Source: Patescibacteria group bacterium
GTDB lineage: Bacteria > Patescibacteriota > Dojkabacteria > J137
DNA length: 64,000 nucleotides
Direction of reading: 5' to 3'
NCBI GenBank assembly: GCA_963169855.1
Contig: CAUJCN010000002.1
Coordinates: forward strand, 267,288-331,287
A program made the position numbers and the translations under genes. Under the pieces are notes generated by a model that saw only the letters and a program-made list of their open reading frames with translations, ran no database searches and had not been told where the DNA came from. Shown here one piece after another: positions 1-10,002 of the stretch (positions within the stretch are counted from its first letter, which is position 1; every line of letters begins with the position of its first letter).

Positions 1-678
1 TGGCAACTCCTGACTAAAGTCGTCAATATAACCTTTCCCAAAACATAGTACACCTACTGCAGTACCCTTTCTAATAATAGGTATCGATACTCCATTTCTA
101 AAACCCACTATCTTCTGCACAATGTTGCAAAATGTTACGCTTGCTGATGGGACAACAAAATCTGAAAGTCTTTCAGAATAGAATTCTTTGTTTTCTTTAA
201 TACTTCTGATACATAAGTTGGTTGTATTACAGTCCAAGGAAACATTGTATTCGCTATAAGGTTTCTCAAGAATTTTGGAGATTGCATCGAAATACCAACT
301 TTTTGTAAAAGTTTGAGCATACAATTTACCATTTTTTACTACAGCAATAAAAGCGGAAAGAAGTTTAAGTTCAAACACAATATCGTTAACAGCTTTTTGC
401 AAAATTTCATCAAAATCCGAAGAATTATAAAGTTCTTTAGAAATCTTAAGTAATTTCTCAACTTGAGGCGGTTGGATTCCAAACAAACTATTTGATTCAA
501 AATACGTCAACTCGAGTGCACTCACAATCTTCATCAACGTCTCCTTCGTCGGATTAACCTCCCCACTCTCAATTCTAGAAATACTTCCAGGAGAAGCTTC
601 GATATCCAATTCCAAATCGAACTGACTTTTGCCAGCTCGTTTTCTAAAATTTTTTATCTTTTGCCCTATTGAGTTCAT
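1..678 (-). CDS. XRE-family helix-turn-helix transcriptional regulator with C-terminal sensor (GAF-like) domain, 5' complete and 3' truncated by the window edge (paralog A)
   Basis: ATG at 676-678 (minus). Translation 'MNSIGQKIKNFRKRAGKSQFDLELDIEASPGSISRIESGEVNPTKETLMKIV...' is a canonical XRE HTH and runs open to position 1. It is about 60% identical along its whole length to the downstream ORF 675..1418. Its start ATG overlaps the stop TGA of that ORF (ATGA). The track ORF 135..332 is in another frame. Confidence 0.7.
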   Translation of the reverse strand, partial: MNSIGQKIKNFRKRAGKSQFDLELDIEASPGSISRIESGEVNPTKETLMKIVSALELTYFESNSLFGIQPPQVEKLLKISKELYNSSDFDEILQKAVNDIVFELKLLSAFIAVVKNGKLYAQTFTKSWYFDAISKILEKPYSEYNVSLDCNTTNLCIRSIKENKEFYSERLSDFVVPSASVTFCNIVQKIVGFRNGVSIPIIRKGTAVGVLCFGKGYIDDFSQELP

Positions 679-1418
679 ATTTTTAGTGTTGAATATTTAT
701 AACCTAAAACTTTAGTAAACTCTCTTAATACTTCTCTTTCAGTTTGAAAGTCATCCTTTACATTCTTTGTAAATAAAATGGTTCCTAATATTTTGTTTTG
801 ACCTGGAATCGGAAAGCAGATGTTAGCTTTATTTCCAGTGAAAGTTGCCAATGTTCTCGAAACTGAAACACTTAGTGGTGGACATGCAAAATCTTCTAGT
901 TTGTCTGACAACAATTCTTTTCCTTCGCGAATAACCTTGTACATAGAATTCTTCTTAAATTCCTCAGACTCGAACCTAAATCTAAGATTTTTGAAATCTG
1001 TCCCGATTATTCCATTAATTATGGGGGTGTACCACTGACTCGTCAAAGCTTTCGCTTTTATAAATTCTCCATCGATTAAACATACTATAATAGCGAGAAG
1101 ATTTAGTTCTTTAATAAACATAGAAGTTGCTTTATTAAGCAGGTCTTCGGAATCACCTGCGACAATAAGTTCATTGATGTTTTCTAAAACATTTACAGAA
1201 AACTTGTTTCCAATGTTGAAAAGACTCGATTGCTCAAGTTCATTTAGGTTTAAACATTCTACTATCTTCATCAGCGTCTCCTTAGTCGGATTAACCTCTC
1301 CACTCTCAATCCTAGAAATACTTCCTGGCGAAGCCTCTATATCCAATTCTAAATCAAACTGACTCTTGCCAGCTCTTTTTCTAAAATTTTTAATCTTTTG
1401 TCCTAAACTATTGTCCAT
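675..1418 (-). CDS. XRE-family HTH transcriptional regulator with C-terminal sensor domain (paralog B)
   Basis: 247 aa. The N-terminus 'KIKNFRKRAGKSQFDLELDIEASPGSISRIESGEVNPTKETLMKIVECL' is an HTH_3/XRE motif. The C-terminal ~170 aa is alpha/beta, GAF-like. DNA-level similarity to 480-678 is visible, e.g. 'ggattaacctc(c/t)ccactctcaat(t/c)ctagaaatacttcc'. Confidence 0.75.
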   Translation of the reverse strand: MDNSLGQKIKNFRKRAGKSQFDLELDIEASPGSISRIESGEVNPTKETLMKIVECLNLNELEQSSLFNIGNKFSVNVLENINELIVAGDSEDLLNKATSMFIKELNLLAIIVCLIDGEFIKAKALTSQWYTPIINGIIGTDFKNLRFRFESEEFKKNSMYKVIREGKELLSDKLEDFACPPLSVSVSRTLATFTGNKANICFPIPGQNKILGTILFTKNVKDDFQTEREVLREFTKVLGYKYSTLKI

Positions 1419-1484
1419 ATATCTCGACAGATGTGCCAGATTATAACCCGAAGTTGCTTATAATCATTGTATTGGAGTACAAAT

Positions 1485-2555
1485 TTATCTGTCACGCTCA
1501 ACTATATAGTCCGCTAAAGCTAATAGAAACTTAACCGAAGGATGATTATTATCGTAGTTATTCAAAAGTGAAGACTTTGCTTCTTCGCAGTATCTTTTTG
1601 CTAGCTGGCTTGAATACTCTCTCGATCCACAGTTATCTAGCAATACTTTTACTGTTTCCAAGTCTTGCAAAGTTACGTTTTGGTTTCCTAATAGCTTGTG
1701 AAGCACTTTTCTAGATTCCCAATCAGCGTTAGTTTCTGCATGTACCATCAAAATTGTTCTTTTTCCTTCTTTCAAGTCGGAAATCACTGGTTTACCTAAA
1801 GCTTCTTCATCTCCGTAAATTCCTAGAATGTCATCCACGATCTGATAAGTAATTCCGCATGGAATGGCGAAACCTCCTAATGATTCAATCTGGCTATCCT
1901 CCGCATCGGCAAAAATAGCTCCTAACATCATAGGATTTTCGAAAGTATAATTTCCTGTTTTATATCTATAGATTTTTAAAACGTCTTCTTCCTTCAGCTT
2001 ATCGTAAAAACCTCCCCAAATATCCAGAAATTGTCCATATCCCGTATTTATTATGTGTCTTTGTAAATGGGTTAGTGCTGATTTAATTATTTTAGGATCA
2101 AAAGAAGTTTCTAGAATGAGCTTAATTGCCATGTGAGAAACAATGTCTCCAGCGTTAACGGCTAGTGCATTTCCAAAATGAGTCCACTCTTCTCTCTTTT
2201 TTCCTGAAAGCGTTGAAGTAGTAGCGTAAATATCATTTAGAGTGTGATTATTATGTCTCGTATCAGCTTTATCCATCATGTCATCATGAATAAGCAGATA
2301 AAGGTGAACAAGTTCTATTGCAGCTGCAACTTTATAGATATCTTCGTTTTCTTCGTTAGTGAATAATTTGTATGTAGTATAGACCAGAGCACCTCTTAAG
2401 CCTTTTCCACCATGCGCTATTGTCAGTAGATGCTGGAACAAATCTTTCAATTCTGGGGATATTTTTGATGCAACAATCTGTTCTTCGCGTAAAGTTTCTA
2501 AGACAATTTCTTCCACTTTGCTTGATACAGCCTTTAATTGTTGCTTTACATCCAT
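1485..2555 (-). CDS. polyprenyl diphosphate synthase (trans-isoprenyl diphosphate synthase, FPP/GGPP synthase family)
   Basis: 356 aa. It carries both aspartate-rich motifs: 'LLIHDDMMDKAD' (FARM) and 'YQIVDDILGIYGDEEALGKP' (SARM). Confidence 0.85.
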   Translation of the reverse strand: MDVKQQLKAVSSKVEEIVLETLREEQIVASKISPELKDLFQHLLTIAHGGKGLRGALVYTTYKLFTNEENEDIYKVAAAIELVHLYLLIHDDMMDKADTRHNNHTLNDIYATTSTLSGKKREEWTHFGNALAVNAGDIVSHMAIKLILETSFDPKIIKSALTHLQRHIINTGYGQFLDIWGGFYDKLKEEDVLKIYRYKTGNYTFENPMMLGAIFADAEDSQIESLGGFAIPCGITYQIVDDILGIYGDEEALGKPVISDLKEGKRTILMVHAETNADWESRKVLHKLLGNQNVTLQDLETVKVLLDNCGSREYSSQLAKRYCEEAKSSLLNNYDNNHPSVKFLLALADYIVERDR

Positions 2556-2690
2556 GTCAGTTAGTATCAGTTGTCACAAATTACTAACAGATTATACACT
2601 AAATTCGAAGCGATTTGAAGCCTATTTACTATATATTTGATATATAGATATCTACGAAGGAAATGATTAAGCTAGGCAGATCTGACAATA

Positions 2691-3764
2691 TCAATATGGC
2701 ACATAGCCCTCTGGATCCACAGCATATCCATTCTTAAAAAGAGAAATATGTAGGTGAATTCCAGTACTGTTTCCCGAAGTCCCCATCATCATCAATGCTT
2801 GACCTTGCTGAACTCTATCCCCTGCTTTAACCCAGAACTGCCCATCCCCGTGGTAGTAGTGACTTACAATTCCTCCTCCATGATCCACTTTTACATGATA
2901 GCCTTCTCCAAAATTTCCCCATCCAGCATAGATCACGACTCCATTTGCGATAGCAGAAATTGGACACGGTGGGTATCGAGAAATATCAATCCCATTATGA
3001 TAAGAAGTATACCCTCTTTGGTACGTATAGCCTGCACAATCAGGGTGAATTAAGGGATTAGAAAATACACCTCTTGGGATATCGATGTCTCCGACATTAT
3101 CTGTTCCTCTTAAGTTTCCGTTGGGAATAAATAACTTCTGTCCAACATTCAAGTTATACGGCTCTACCAGACTGTTTAGCTCGATTACATTGAATCTATT
3201 AGCTTCGTCGTTCGCCAAACTTGTGATCGAAATAATACTGTCTAACGAATCTCCTGGCTTAACTTCGTACAGAACTCCATTAATTTCTGGTATGGTCAAA
3301 ACCATTCCTATTTCTACTTGATTTGTAAATGGACTTAAAACATCCCCGCTTGCCCAACGAATCGTATCCATCGATACGCCGTGAGTTGCAGCGATAGATT
3401 CTAGAGTGTCACCAGGCTTTACGGTGTACTTTTCTGTTGTGATATTTATTCCTCTTTCTGCGTTAAGCAGAACAGTTTCGATTGAAGCACCTTGGTAAAG
3501 AAGATCGCTCGTTGAACCTAAAGAATTCCCATATTCAGCAGAAGATCCACTGACAACATTAATTCTATAAACGAATCCATATACAGCAACAACCATTGTT
3601 GTCATTAAGATTCCTAAGTGAATAATATTTTTGTATAGATTACTTCTTCCCCAAAATAGTCTGCTCACGAATCTGGATTGAACATTGTAGACACGTCTGT
3701 TTATGTTTTCCAGATTGTCTTTCCTCAGAGCACCCGAAAAAAGACCGGGCTGACTATTTGCCAT
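2691..3764 (-). CDS. LysM-domain peptidoglycan hydrolase, M23 family metallopeptidase
   Basis: N-terminal TM segment. Two LysM motifs: 'YTVKPGDTLESIAATHGVSMDTIRWAS' and 'YEVKPGDSLDSIISI'. C-terminal M23 signature 'YHNGIDIS...HGGGIVSHYYHGDG...GTSGNSTGIHLHISL'. Ends with a TGA stop. Confidence 0.85.
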   Translation of the reverse strand: MANSQPGLFSGALRKDNLENINRRVYNVQSRFVSRLFWGRSNLYKNIIHLGILMTTMVVAVYGFVYRINVVSGSSAEYGNSLGSTSDLLYQGASIETVLLNAERGINITTEKYTVKPGDTLESIAATHGVSMDTIRWASGDVLSPFTNQVEIGMVLTIPEINGVLYEVKPGDSLDSIISITSLANDEANRFNVIELNSLVEPYNLNVGQKLFIPNGNLRGTDNVGDIDIPRGVFSNPLIHPDCAGYTYQRGYTSYHNGIDISRYPPCPISAIANGVVIYAGWGNFGEGYHVKVDHGGGIVSHYYHGDGQFWVKAGDRVQQGQALMMMGTSGNSTGIHLHISLFKNGYAVDPEGYVPY

Positions 3765-3778
3765 AGGATTACGCTAAA

Positions 3779-4357
3779 TTAGAAGCTAACTTTTACGTTT
3801 TCCCTTTCCTCAGCGTTTGTTATTTCGAAGAATTTTCTAGATTTAATTCCGAAAATTCCTGCAATAAAACTGTTTGGGAAAACCACGATCATTCTGTTCA
3901 AATCTCTTACCGCTCCGTTGTAATATCTTCTTGCTGACTCTAATTCATCTTCAATTTGTTGAAGTGAAGTTTGCAAAGCCATAAAGTTCTGATTTGATTT
4001 TAGTTCAGGATAATTTTCTGCAACTGCGAACAGAGTTTTAAGAGTTGATCTTAATTCTCCTTCCATCTTTCCAAGTTCTTCTGGATCAGCAGAATTGTTC
4101 ATCATTCCTGATCTTAATGCTGCAACTTTTTCAAAAATTTCTTTTTCTTGAGAAGCATATCCTTTAACAGTTTCTACAAGATTTGGAATAAGATCGAATC
4201 TCTTTTTTAGTTGAACATCGATTCCACTCCAAGCTTCATCTACTAATACTTCCTGAGACTTTAATTTGTTGTAAACCGATAGAACATAAAGTGCTAATCC
4301 AACTGCAATTGCACCCAAAACACATAAACAAACTAGAATGATTATTCCTGCTCCCAT
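3779..4357 (-). CDS. lemA: LemA family membrane protein
   Basis: 192 aa. N-terminal TM then 'YNKLKSQEVLVDEAWSGIDVQLKKRFDLIPNLVETVKGYASQEKEIFEKVAALRS', typical of LemA. Confidence 0.8.
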   Translation of the reverse strand: MGAGIIILVCLCVLGAIAVGLALYVLSVYNKLKSQEVLVDEAWSGIDVQLKKRFDLIPNLVETVKGYASQEKEIFEKVAALRSGMMNNSADPEELGKMEGELRSTLKTLFAVAENYPELKSNQNFMALQTSLQQIEDELESARRYYNGAVRDLNRMIVVFPNSFIAGIFGIKSRKFFEITNAEERENVKVSF

Positions 4358-4423
4358 ATTTTTGAAGTTAATATTAATTATTAAGTAAATTATATTGGAG
4401 TTGTTGTGAATAGTAAAGAGAGA

Positions 4424-5749
4424 TTATACTTCGATCAGTTCACCGCCACCTTCATCTTCGTCACCTTCGTCGTATGTGTAAAGCCAGAATGGCGAAGTGA
4501 AGTGACCTTGATCTACGAATCTAAATAATCTGAAGCATGAATATCTCATCAAACCAAGTTTTAAAAGCGAGAAATCTACTTCATCTGCATCTTCCGTCAT
4601 AAATAATAACTCATCCTGATAATCCTCGAACTTTAGTTCCCTGAGAATTTCTATAATGTCAGGGAGTTCGTATTCCAAAATACTTTCAATTCTCATCAAT
4701 CTTAAATATTTTCTAAATTCTGTTTCATCCGTCATTGTATATTTCTCCTCTGGAATCAAGTTAATTCCGTAGTATTCAAAAGTTGACATTAGCCACTGAA
4801 TTTCTTCGGAGTCTAATGTTAAGCCAATGTTCATCATATCTATGTAAGCTTCTGCTTCTGCTAAATTAATATCTAAAGCTACAGCTATAAACATCTGAAC
4901 TGAAAATTGGAAATCCGACAACGCCGCATCGATTGCCAAGCAGTCTCTTTGTTCACCAACTTCCATTGCTTCGATTTCGTTTACATTACCATCTTTATCA
5001 AAGAAACTTAGATAAATTCTTCTTTGGCTAAGAAGAGTGGAAGCTGCACTCATAAGCTGAACTTTCTTTAGCTTAGCGAAAGATGGCATAATCTTTTCCA
5101 CAGGTAATTTTAGTTGGGTTCTATTGGTCACGGTTTTAATGATACTGCCAAGAGTTCCTTCTCCCATCTTTAGAGCAAAATCTCTTGCATCGTAATGATT
5201 TATTTCAGAAACAGGAATTTCCATTTCCTCCACAACAACTACTTCATCATTGTCATTATCGATTTGATCCTCAGGATCAACTACGTCTGCATAGAGTTCT
5301 TGAAACCAATCCCTCATTTTTTGGAAATATTTTTTCTTATGCACTTCAGGTCCAATAATTCTTTCTTTTCGCGAACTATTTTTTCCAAAAATAAATCCAA
5401 GGTCTTCTACTCTTTCAAGAATTATTTCGAAATGTGCAGCAGAAACTGTTAGTTTACCTTCAAAAAGATATTTGATAACTCTAGTGATGACTTCGTTCTG
5501 ACATTCGATCAATCTTCTTGCAGTGTCTTGTATTTCGAAAGGTGGTAAACCTTCTAATTGCAATGTATTTCTGTAAAGATCAATTTCTTTGTTTTTATCT
5601 CTTAGTACCAGTCCTAAATCTACTGGCGGATTATTTAGAGTCTCGTTGTAAAGATCTTCAAAGTACGAAAAGAAAATTGCTTCGTTATTAAACTCTGAAG
5701 GGAGATTTAATTTTGAATATTCTGGCTCTCCAAAGAAATCAATATTCAT
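4424..5749 (-). CDS. hypothetical protein, highly acidic
   Basis: 441 aa ORF with D/E-rich tracts ('DQIDNDNDEVVVVEEME', C-terminal 'DEGDEDEGGGELIEV'). No recognisable motif. It overlaps the upstream ORF by 11 nt, so they are probably co-transcribed. Confidence 0.5.
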   Translation of the reverse strand: MNIDFFGEPEYSKLNLPSEFNNEAIFFSYFEDLYNETLNNPPVDLGLVLRDKNKEIDLYRNTLQLEGLPPFEIQDTARRLIECQNEVITRVIKYLFEGKLTVSAAHFEIILERVEDLGFIFGKNSSRKERIIGPEVHKKKYFQKMRDWFQELYADVVDPEDQIDNDNDEVVVVEEMEIPVSEINHYDARDFALKMGEGTLGSIIKTVTNRTQLKLPVEKIMPSFAKLKKVQLMSAASTLLSQRRIYLSFFDKDGNVNEIEAMEVGEQRDCLAIDAALSDFQFSVQMFIAVALDINLAEAEAYIDMMNIGLTLDSEEIQWLMSTFEYYGINLIPEEKYTMTDETEFRKYLRLMRIESILEYELPDIIEILRELKFEDYQDELLFMTEDADEVDFSLLKLGLMRYSCFRLFRFVDQGHFTSPFWLYTYDEGDEDEGGGELIEV

Positions 5750-6890
5750 AAAGTTGATCTTCAGAATAGGCTACTGGATAAAGATCTAATCTCATTTCTG
5801 TAGAATATAAATTAGGATCTGTAAATCCAAACTCTTCTAATCTTGATATCAAGTAATCAGGTCTAGATTCGCCGTCTTCAACAATGCATTTAGACATTAC
5901 AGCGTGTATAAAAAGATTAAAATAATTGATGTGTATAGTATTTTTTGTGAAAAGCTGTTGAAGAATTTCAAAGCAGTATTCTTCATCCAACTGAGTAAGT
6001 TCCATAATCCAATTGACTAATTGATCTCTTAATTCGCCAATAGAAACTACCAGGTCGTCATAAGTTACAATTGGATCTTCATCATCGACTGTCTCGTTGT
6101 ATTCTACAAAACTGTACATAACTCCGTCTCTAATGCTTTCGATTTCCAATAGTATATGTTGCATAGAAATAACTTGAGCCAACTCATCCACAGGGTCTGG
6201 TAAATGCCAGTTAGTGACCAAATCTGCAAGACCTGTGCTTTCCATGCCAAAGCGAGCAATCCCCGTTCCTTCTGGATCAAGTTCATTGGATGCAGTTATA
6301 TACGTATTAACAATATTTGATAAATTTGATGGAGTTGCAAAGGCCATAAGAAACTTTCCATACTCTTCAGCTTCAAAATCATGTTCGTTGTCGAAATCGT
6401 GTTCACCATCATAGTCCGGTTCTGAGTACGCTTCTAATGTAATATCTACAGTATCCATATCAAAATAATCGTCATCATCTTCTGATTCATCCCCTTCTTG
6501 AGCAACGTTATTTTTTTCTTGAATCACGATGCCAAGTGTAGATGTCAACAAAGCTATGCATGCTTCGCGATGGACCTTGAAGTCGAACTTATTTGAGTAT
6601 TTCCAAAGGTACTTTTCTAAGTGAAGAATAAATGAATAGTCTGGAAATTTATAAGATTCTCTTGCGACCAAAAAAGCTGCTGCTATCTTTAGCTTCAATC
6701 TGTCTTCTTCGCTATTCGAAAGGAAATATTTACTTTGAAGGTCTTCTATAGTTTTTTGACATTCTTGAGGATATCTTCGCCAGACTACTTCTAAAAATCT
6801 ACATATATTCTCACCAATATCACTCTCAATCCCATTAAACATAGGGTCCATATCGGTTACTGGAATATAGTATCTTCTTTCTTGTTGCAT
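5739..6890 (-). CDS. hypothetical protein, acidic
   Basis: 383 aa ORF with an acidic stretch 'EGDESEDDDDYFDMD...EPDYDGEHDFDNEHDFEAEEY'. No recognisable domain. Confidence 0.5.
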   Translation of the reverse strand: MQQERRYYIPVTDMDPMFNGIESDIGENICRFLEVVWRRYPQECQKTIEDLQSKYFLSNSEEDRLKLKIAAAFLVARESYKFPDYSFILHLEKYLWKYSNKFDFKVHREACIALLTSTLGIVIQEKNNVAQEGDESEDDDDYFDMDTVDITLEAYSEPDYDGEHDFDNEHDFEAEEYGKFLMAFATPSNLSNIVNTYITASNELDPEGTGIARFGMESTGLADLVTNWHLPDPVDELAQVISMQHILLEIESIRDGVMYSFVEYNETVDDEDPIVTYDDLVVSIGELRDQLVNWIMELTQLDEEYCFEILQQLFTKNTIHINYFNLFIHAVMSKCIVEDGESRPDYLISRLEEFGFTDPNLYSTEMRLDLYPVAYSEDQLYEY

Positions 6891-7103
6891 TTGGCACCTT
6901 AAACTAGTGACGATTATATACTACAAAACTGAAAGGTGGAAGGAAAAGAAGTAGGTTTATGGAAAGTTGATAAGTCTGGGTTCTAGCTCAAATTCTTTAC
7001 CTCCTTATCCCCCACTTAATTCTTCACCTTTTACTTAATACCTATTCCTATTTAGCGATTCACACTATATAATCTGAGTAATATTTTATTTACATTATCT
7101 AAT

Positions 7104-8513
7104 ATGGAAAGAACATTTGTGGCAGACACTCTGCAAAAAATCGGCGAAACAGTTACCTTGATGGGTTGGGTGGATAATGTAAGAGATATGGGAAAGTTCG
7201 GATTTATTGATTTGAGAGATAAAACAGGTAAAATTCAGTGTTTTGTTGGAAGCAAAGATGATATTCAAAAAGTAACAGTCGAAAGCGTTGTGGAAATTAC
7301 TGGATTAGTGAAAGCTAGACCAGAAAAAATGGTAAATGCCAAGGTTGCTACAGGAACTATCGAACTTGAAACTCAATCTTTAACTTTGTTAAACAGAGCT
7401 GAAGCTCTTCCAATCCCAGTTGCAGGAGATGGTTACGATATTAACGAAGAATCCAGACTTAAATATAGATATTTGGACTTGAGAAGAGAAAGATTATCAA
7501 AGGTTTTAAGAACAAGGTCTGCTTTGGTTAGGGAATTCAGAGAATATTTATACAAGGATGGATTCACAGAAGTGGAAACTCCAATTCTTACAGCATCTAC
7601 AAAAGAAGGATCAAGAGACTTTGTGGTGCCTTCGAGAATGAATCCAGGAAAGTTCTACGCTTTGCCACAAAGCCCTCAACAATACAAGCAGCTTTTAATG
7701 ACTGCTGGAGTTGATAGATATTTCCAAATTGCTAGATGTATTAGAGACGAAAACTTAAGAGCAGACAGAGGTTTCGAACATACACAATTAGATGTCGAAA
7801 TGAGTTTTGTAAACCAAGAAGAAATCATGACTGAGATTGAAAACTTGATTAAAACTTCAATTCAGAAAATGGGAGGTAAGCTTAAAGATCAAGTTTTCCC
7901 AAGAGTTACATACGCAGAATCAATGGAAAAGTACGGAGCAGACAAATTCGACTTAAGAACAGAAGAAGAAAAGGCAGAAGGTGTATTGGCTTTTGCTTGG
8001 GTTGTAAGTTTCCCATTCTTTAAAAAAGTGGACAAAGAAGACGCAGCTGAAGTAGCAGACGGAAAGAGCGGATGGACATTCACACATAATCCATTCAGTT
8101 CTCCAATTCCAGAACATATCGACTGGCACTTAAAAGGCGAAAACGTTGAACAAATTGTTACTGCTCAATACGACTTAGTGTGTAACGGATTCGAAGTAGG
8201 AGGAGGAAGCATTAGAGCTCACAACCCTGAAGTTTTAAGATCAACCTACAAAATCATGGGTTACACAGACGAAATGATCGAAAAAGGAATTGGCCATATG
8301 CTTGAAGCATTTAAATACGGAACTCCACCACATGGAGGAATCGGTTTAGGAATTGATAGATTAGTAATGTTACTTTGTGGAGAAGCTTCTCTAAAAGAAA
8401 CGATTGCATTCCCAATGTCTTACACAGGACGAACTGCTGTTATGAACGGACCTTCGGAACTTGATCCAAATTTCTTAAAGGAGCTAGGATTAGAAGTTAT
8501 AAAGAAGAATTAG
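7104..8513 (+). CDS. aspS: aspartate--tRNA ligase (bacterial-type class IIb, lacking the GAD insertion domain)
   Basis: 469 aa. Motif 2 'QSPQQYKQLLMTAGVDRYFQIARCIRDENLRADRGFEHTQLDVEMSF'. Motif 3 'GTPPHGGIGLGIDRLVMLL'. N-terminal OB-fold 'FIDLRDKTGKIQCF'. It is about 120 aa shorter than E. coli AspRS. Confidence 0.88.
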   Translation: MERTFVADTLQKIGETVTLMGWVDNVRDMGKFGFIDLRDKTGKIQCFVGSKDDIQKVTVESVVEITGLVKARPEKMVNAKVATGTIELETQSLTLLNRAEALPIPVAGDGYDINEESRLKYRYLDLRRERLSKVLRTRSALVREFREYLYKDGFTEVETPILTASTKEGSRDFVVPSRMNPGKFYALPQSPQQYKQLLMTAGVDRYFQIARCIRDENLRADRGFEHTQLDVEMSFVNQEEIMTEIENLIKTSIQKMGGKLKDQVFPRVTYAESMEKYGADKFDLRTEEEKAEGVLAFAWVVSFPFFKKVDKEDAAEVADGKSGWTFTHNPFSSPIPEHIDWHLKGENVEQIVTAQYDLVCNGFEVGGGSIRAHNPEVLRSTYKIMGYTDEMIEKGIGHMLEAFKYGTPPHGGIGLGIDRLVMLLCGEASLKETIAFPMSYTGRTAVMNGPSELDPNFLKELGLEVIKKN

Positions 8514-8541
8514 ATAGTATTTTCTTGTCTGATTTTTTGGG

Positions 8542-8570
8542 TACAGTCCAATCGGACTGTACTTTTTTTA
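8542..8570 (+). terminator. rho-independent terminator after aspS
   Basis: Hairpin 'tacagtcc-aatc-ggactgta' followed by 'cttttttta'. Confidence 0.7.
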
Positions 8571-8649
8571 TATAAATTGCGACTGCAAATCAATTCCTCT
8601 ACTTCAAAATCTGTTTAATTAGCTAGAAATATCTTACTGAAGCGGAACT

Positions 8650-9135
8650 CTACAACGACGAAAAGCTTTCCCACCTCCCTTTCACAATTTTCTGAAAATC
8701 TTTTACCGTCATACCTACAGATTTTGTTCTTGTTCCACAGTTGAAGGAGACGTTTTCATTCTCTAGTATAGAATTTTCGTAGAAAGTCTCGATACCTAAA
8801 AGAAATCCAAAAGGAGGAATCCCTCCAATTATTAGACCGTACTTTTCTAAAATAATTTCTGGTTTTTCGAAAGAAAAACTATCACCCAAAAGCTTCTTCA
8901 TTTTTTTTGAATCTAATTTCATATCTCCAGGCAATACAGCCATATAGTTTTTCTTCTCTTTTGAAGTTACTAGAATCAATGCTTTTGCACCTTCGTGAAT
9001 GGATGTTCCACGAACTCTTGCAGCGTCTTCGCTGGTTGGAGTTGGTTCGTGTTCGATAAAGTTGTAGAGAATAGAATTATCTTTTAAAAATTTCTGAATT
9101 GAATCAGCTATTTGATCGCCATTGTGCATATGCAA
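8650..9135 (-). CDS. YbaK/ProX-type aminoacyl-tRNA deacylase domain protein
   Basis: 161 aa. 'GAKALILVTSKEKKNYMAVLPGDMKLDSKKMKKLLG' and 'GGIPPFGF' match the YbaK/ProRS-editing (tRNA_edit) family. Confidence 0.55.
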   Translation of the reverse strand: MHMHNGDQIADSIQKFLKDNSILYNFIEHEPTPTSEDAARVRGTSIHEGAKALILVTSKEKKNYMAVLPGDMKLDSKKMKKLLGDSFSFEKPEIILEKYGLIIGGIPPFGFLLGIETFYENSILENENVSFNCGTRTKSVGMTVKDFQKIVKGRWESFSSL

Positions 9136-9239
9136 GTAAATTCTAAATACAGATTTGAAGTTTAGTCTATATCTTTCGCTAGATAATATTACTACAAAAA
9201 TCGAAGAGTTGTTTTTTAATCTTTTTATCTTTTAATTTT

Positions 9240-9779
9240 TCAATTTATCGAAGTTACCGCCACAAAAGACATAATTGCAACTCCAAATCCTACGATCAAT
9301 TGTGGAATCGTATGTTTTTCTGATTTGTATCTTGCGTATGCAATTGGGATTAATGTGAATGGGAATAGGATTGGGTGTGCGGATGTGGTTATCAGACCAA
9401 CTGTCATGTAGGCAATATGAGCACTTGCTTTGTATTTCATTGCGATTGCCATTACTAAAAGTCCAACTGTAGCTAAAAGAATTATAGATACAGCAGAAAT
9501 AGTATGTTCACTTTTTGCCGAAACTAGAAGTGCTACTAAGTATAAACTTAAAGCTGTGAGATTCAAGTATCGAATCACTCTTGATTTCGCAATATTGAAA
9601 GAAAAGTGATTTGGATCTTTGGCATATATCCATAACAGAATCGATGAACCGAGAATTAATATACCAGCAACCAGTTGCAATCTCCCTACTGTTTCTTCTC
9701 GTCTCAGAACCTCTAGCATAACTATTGCCAGAACAATTCTTGGGTTAGAAATAAAACTTACTAAGTCGAATTTTTTCAT
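9240..9779 (-). CDS. integral membrane protein (about 5 TM helices), function unknown
   Basis: 179 aa. Hydrophobic helices throughout; no catalytic motif recognised. Confidence 0.5.
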   Translation of the reverse strand: MKKFDLVSFISNPRIVLAIVMLEVLRREETVGRLQLVAGILILGSSILLWIYAKDPNHFSFNIAKSRVIRYLNLTALSLYLVALLVSAKSEHTISAVSIILLATVGLLVMAIAMKYKASAHIAYMTVGLITTSAHPILFPFTLIPIAYARYKSEKHTIPQLIVGFGVAIMSFVAVTSIN

Positions 9780-10002
9780 ATATTACTATTATGAATTCTT
9801 TGAATTGATTTTATTATGCTAAAAGGAAACTCGCATTGTAGTGCAATACAAATTTTCAGCTTTTTGGAATTTGCTTTTACAGAGTACAGCAAAAATTATT
9901 CTATGACAACAAGAAACGATGACAGATGACATTAACTGTACTGCTCAGGAAAAGCGTTTATATACAAATTGAATTGGAAAAATTTATCTGAAGCCGTCAA
10001 CA

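Noticed and set aside
135-332. 65-aa minus-strand ORF.
   Set aside because: It lies out of frame inside the XRE-HTH paralog A ORF, which is homologous along its full length to 675..1418.
7889-8083. 64-aa minus-strand ORF inside aspS.
   Set aside because: It is antisense to a highly conserved aaRS coding region.
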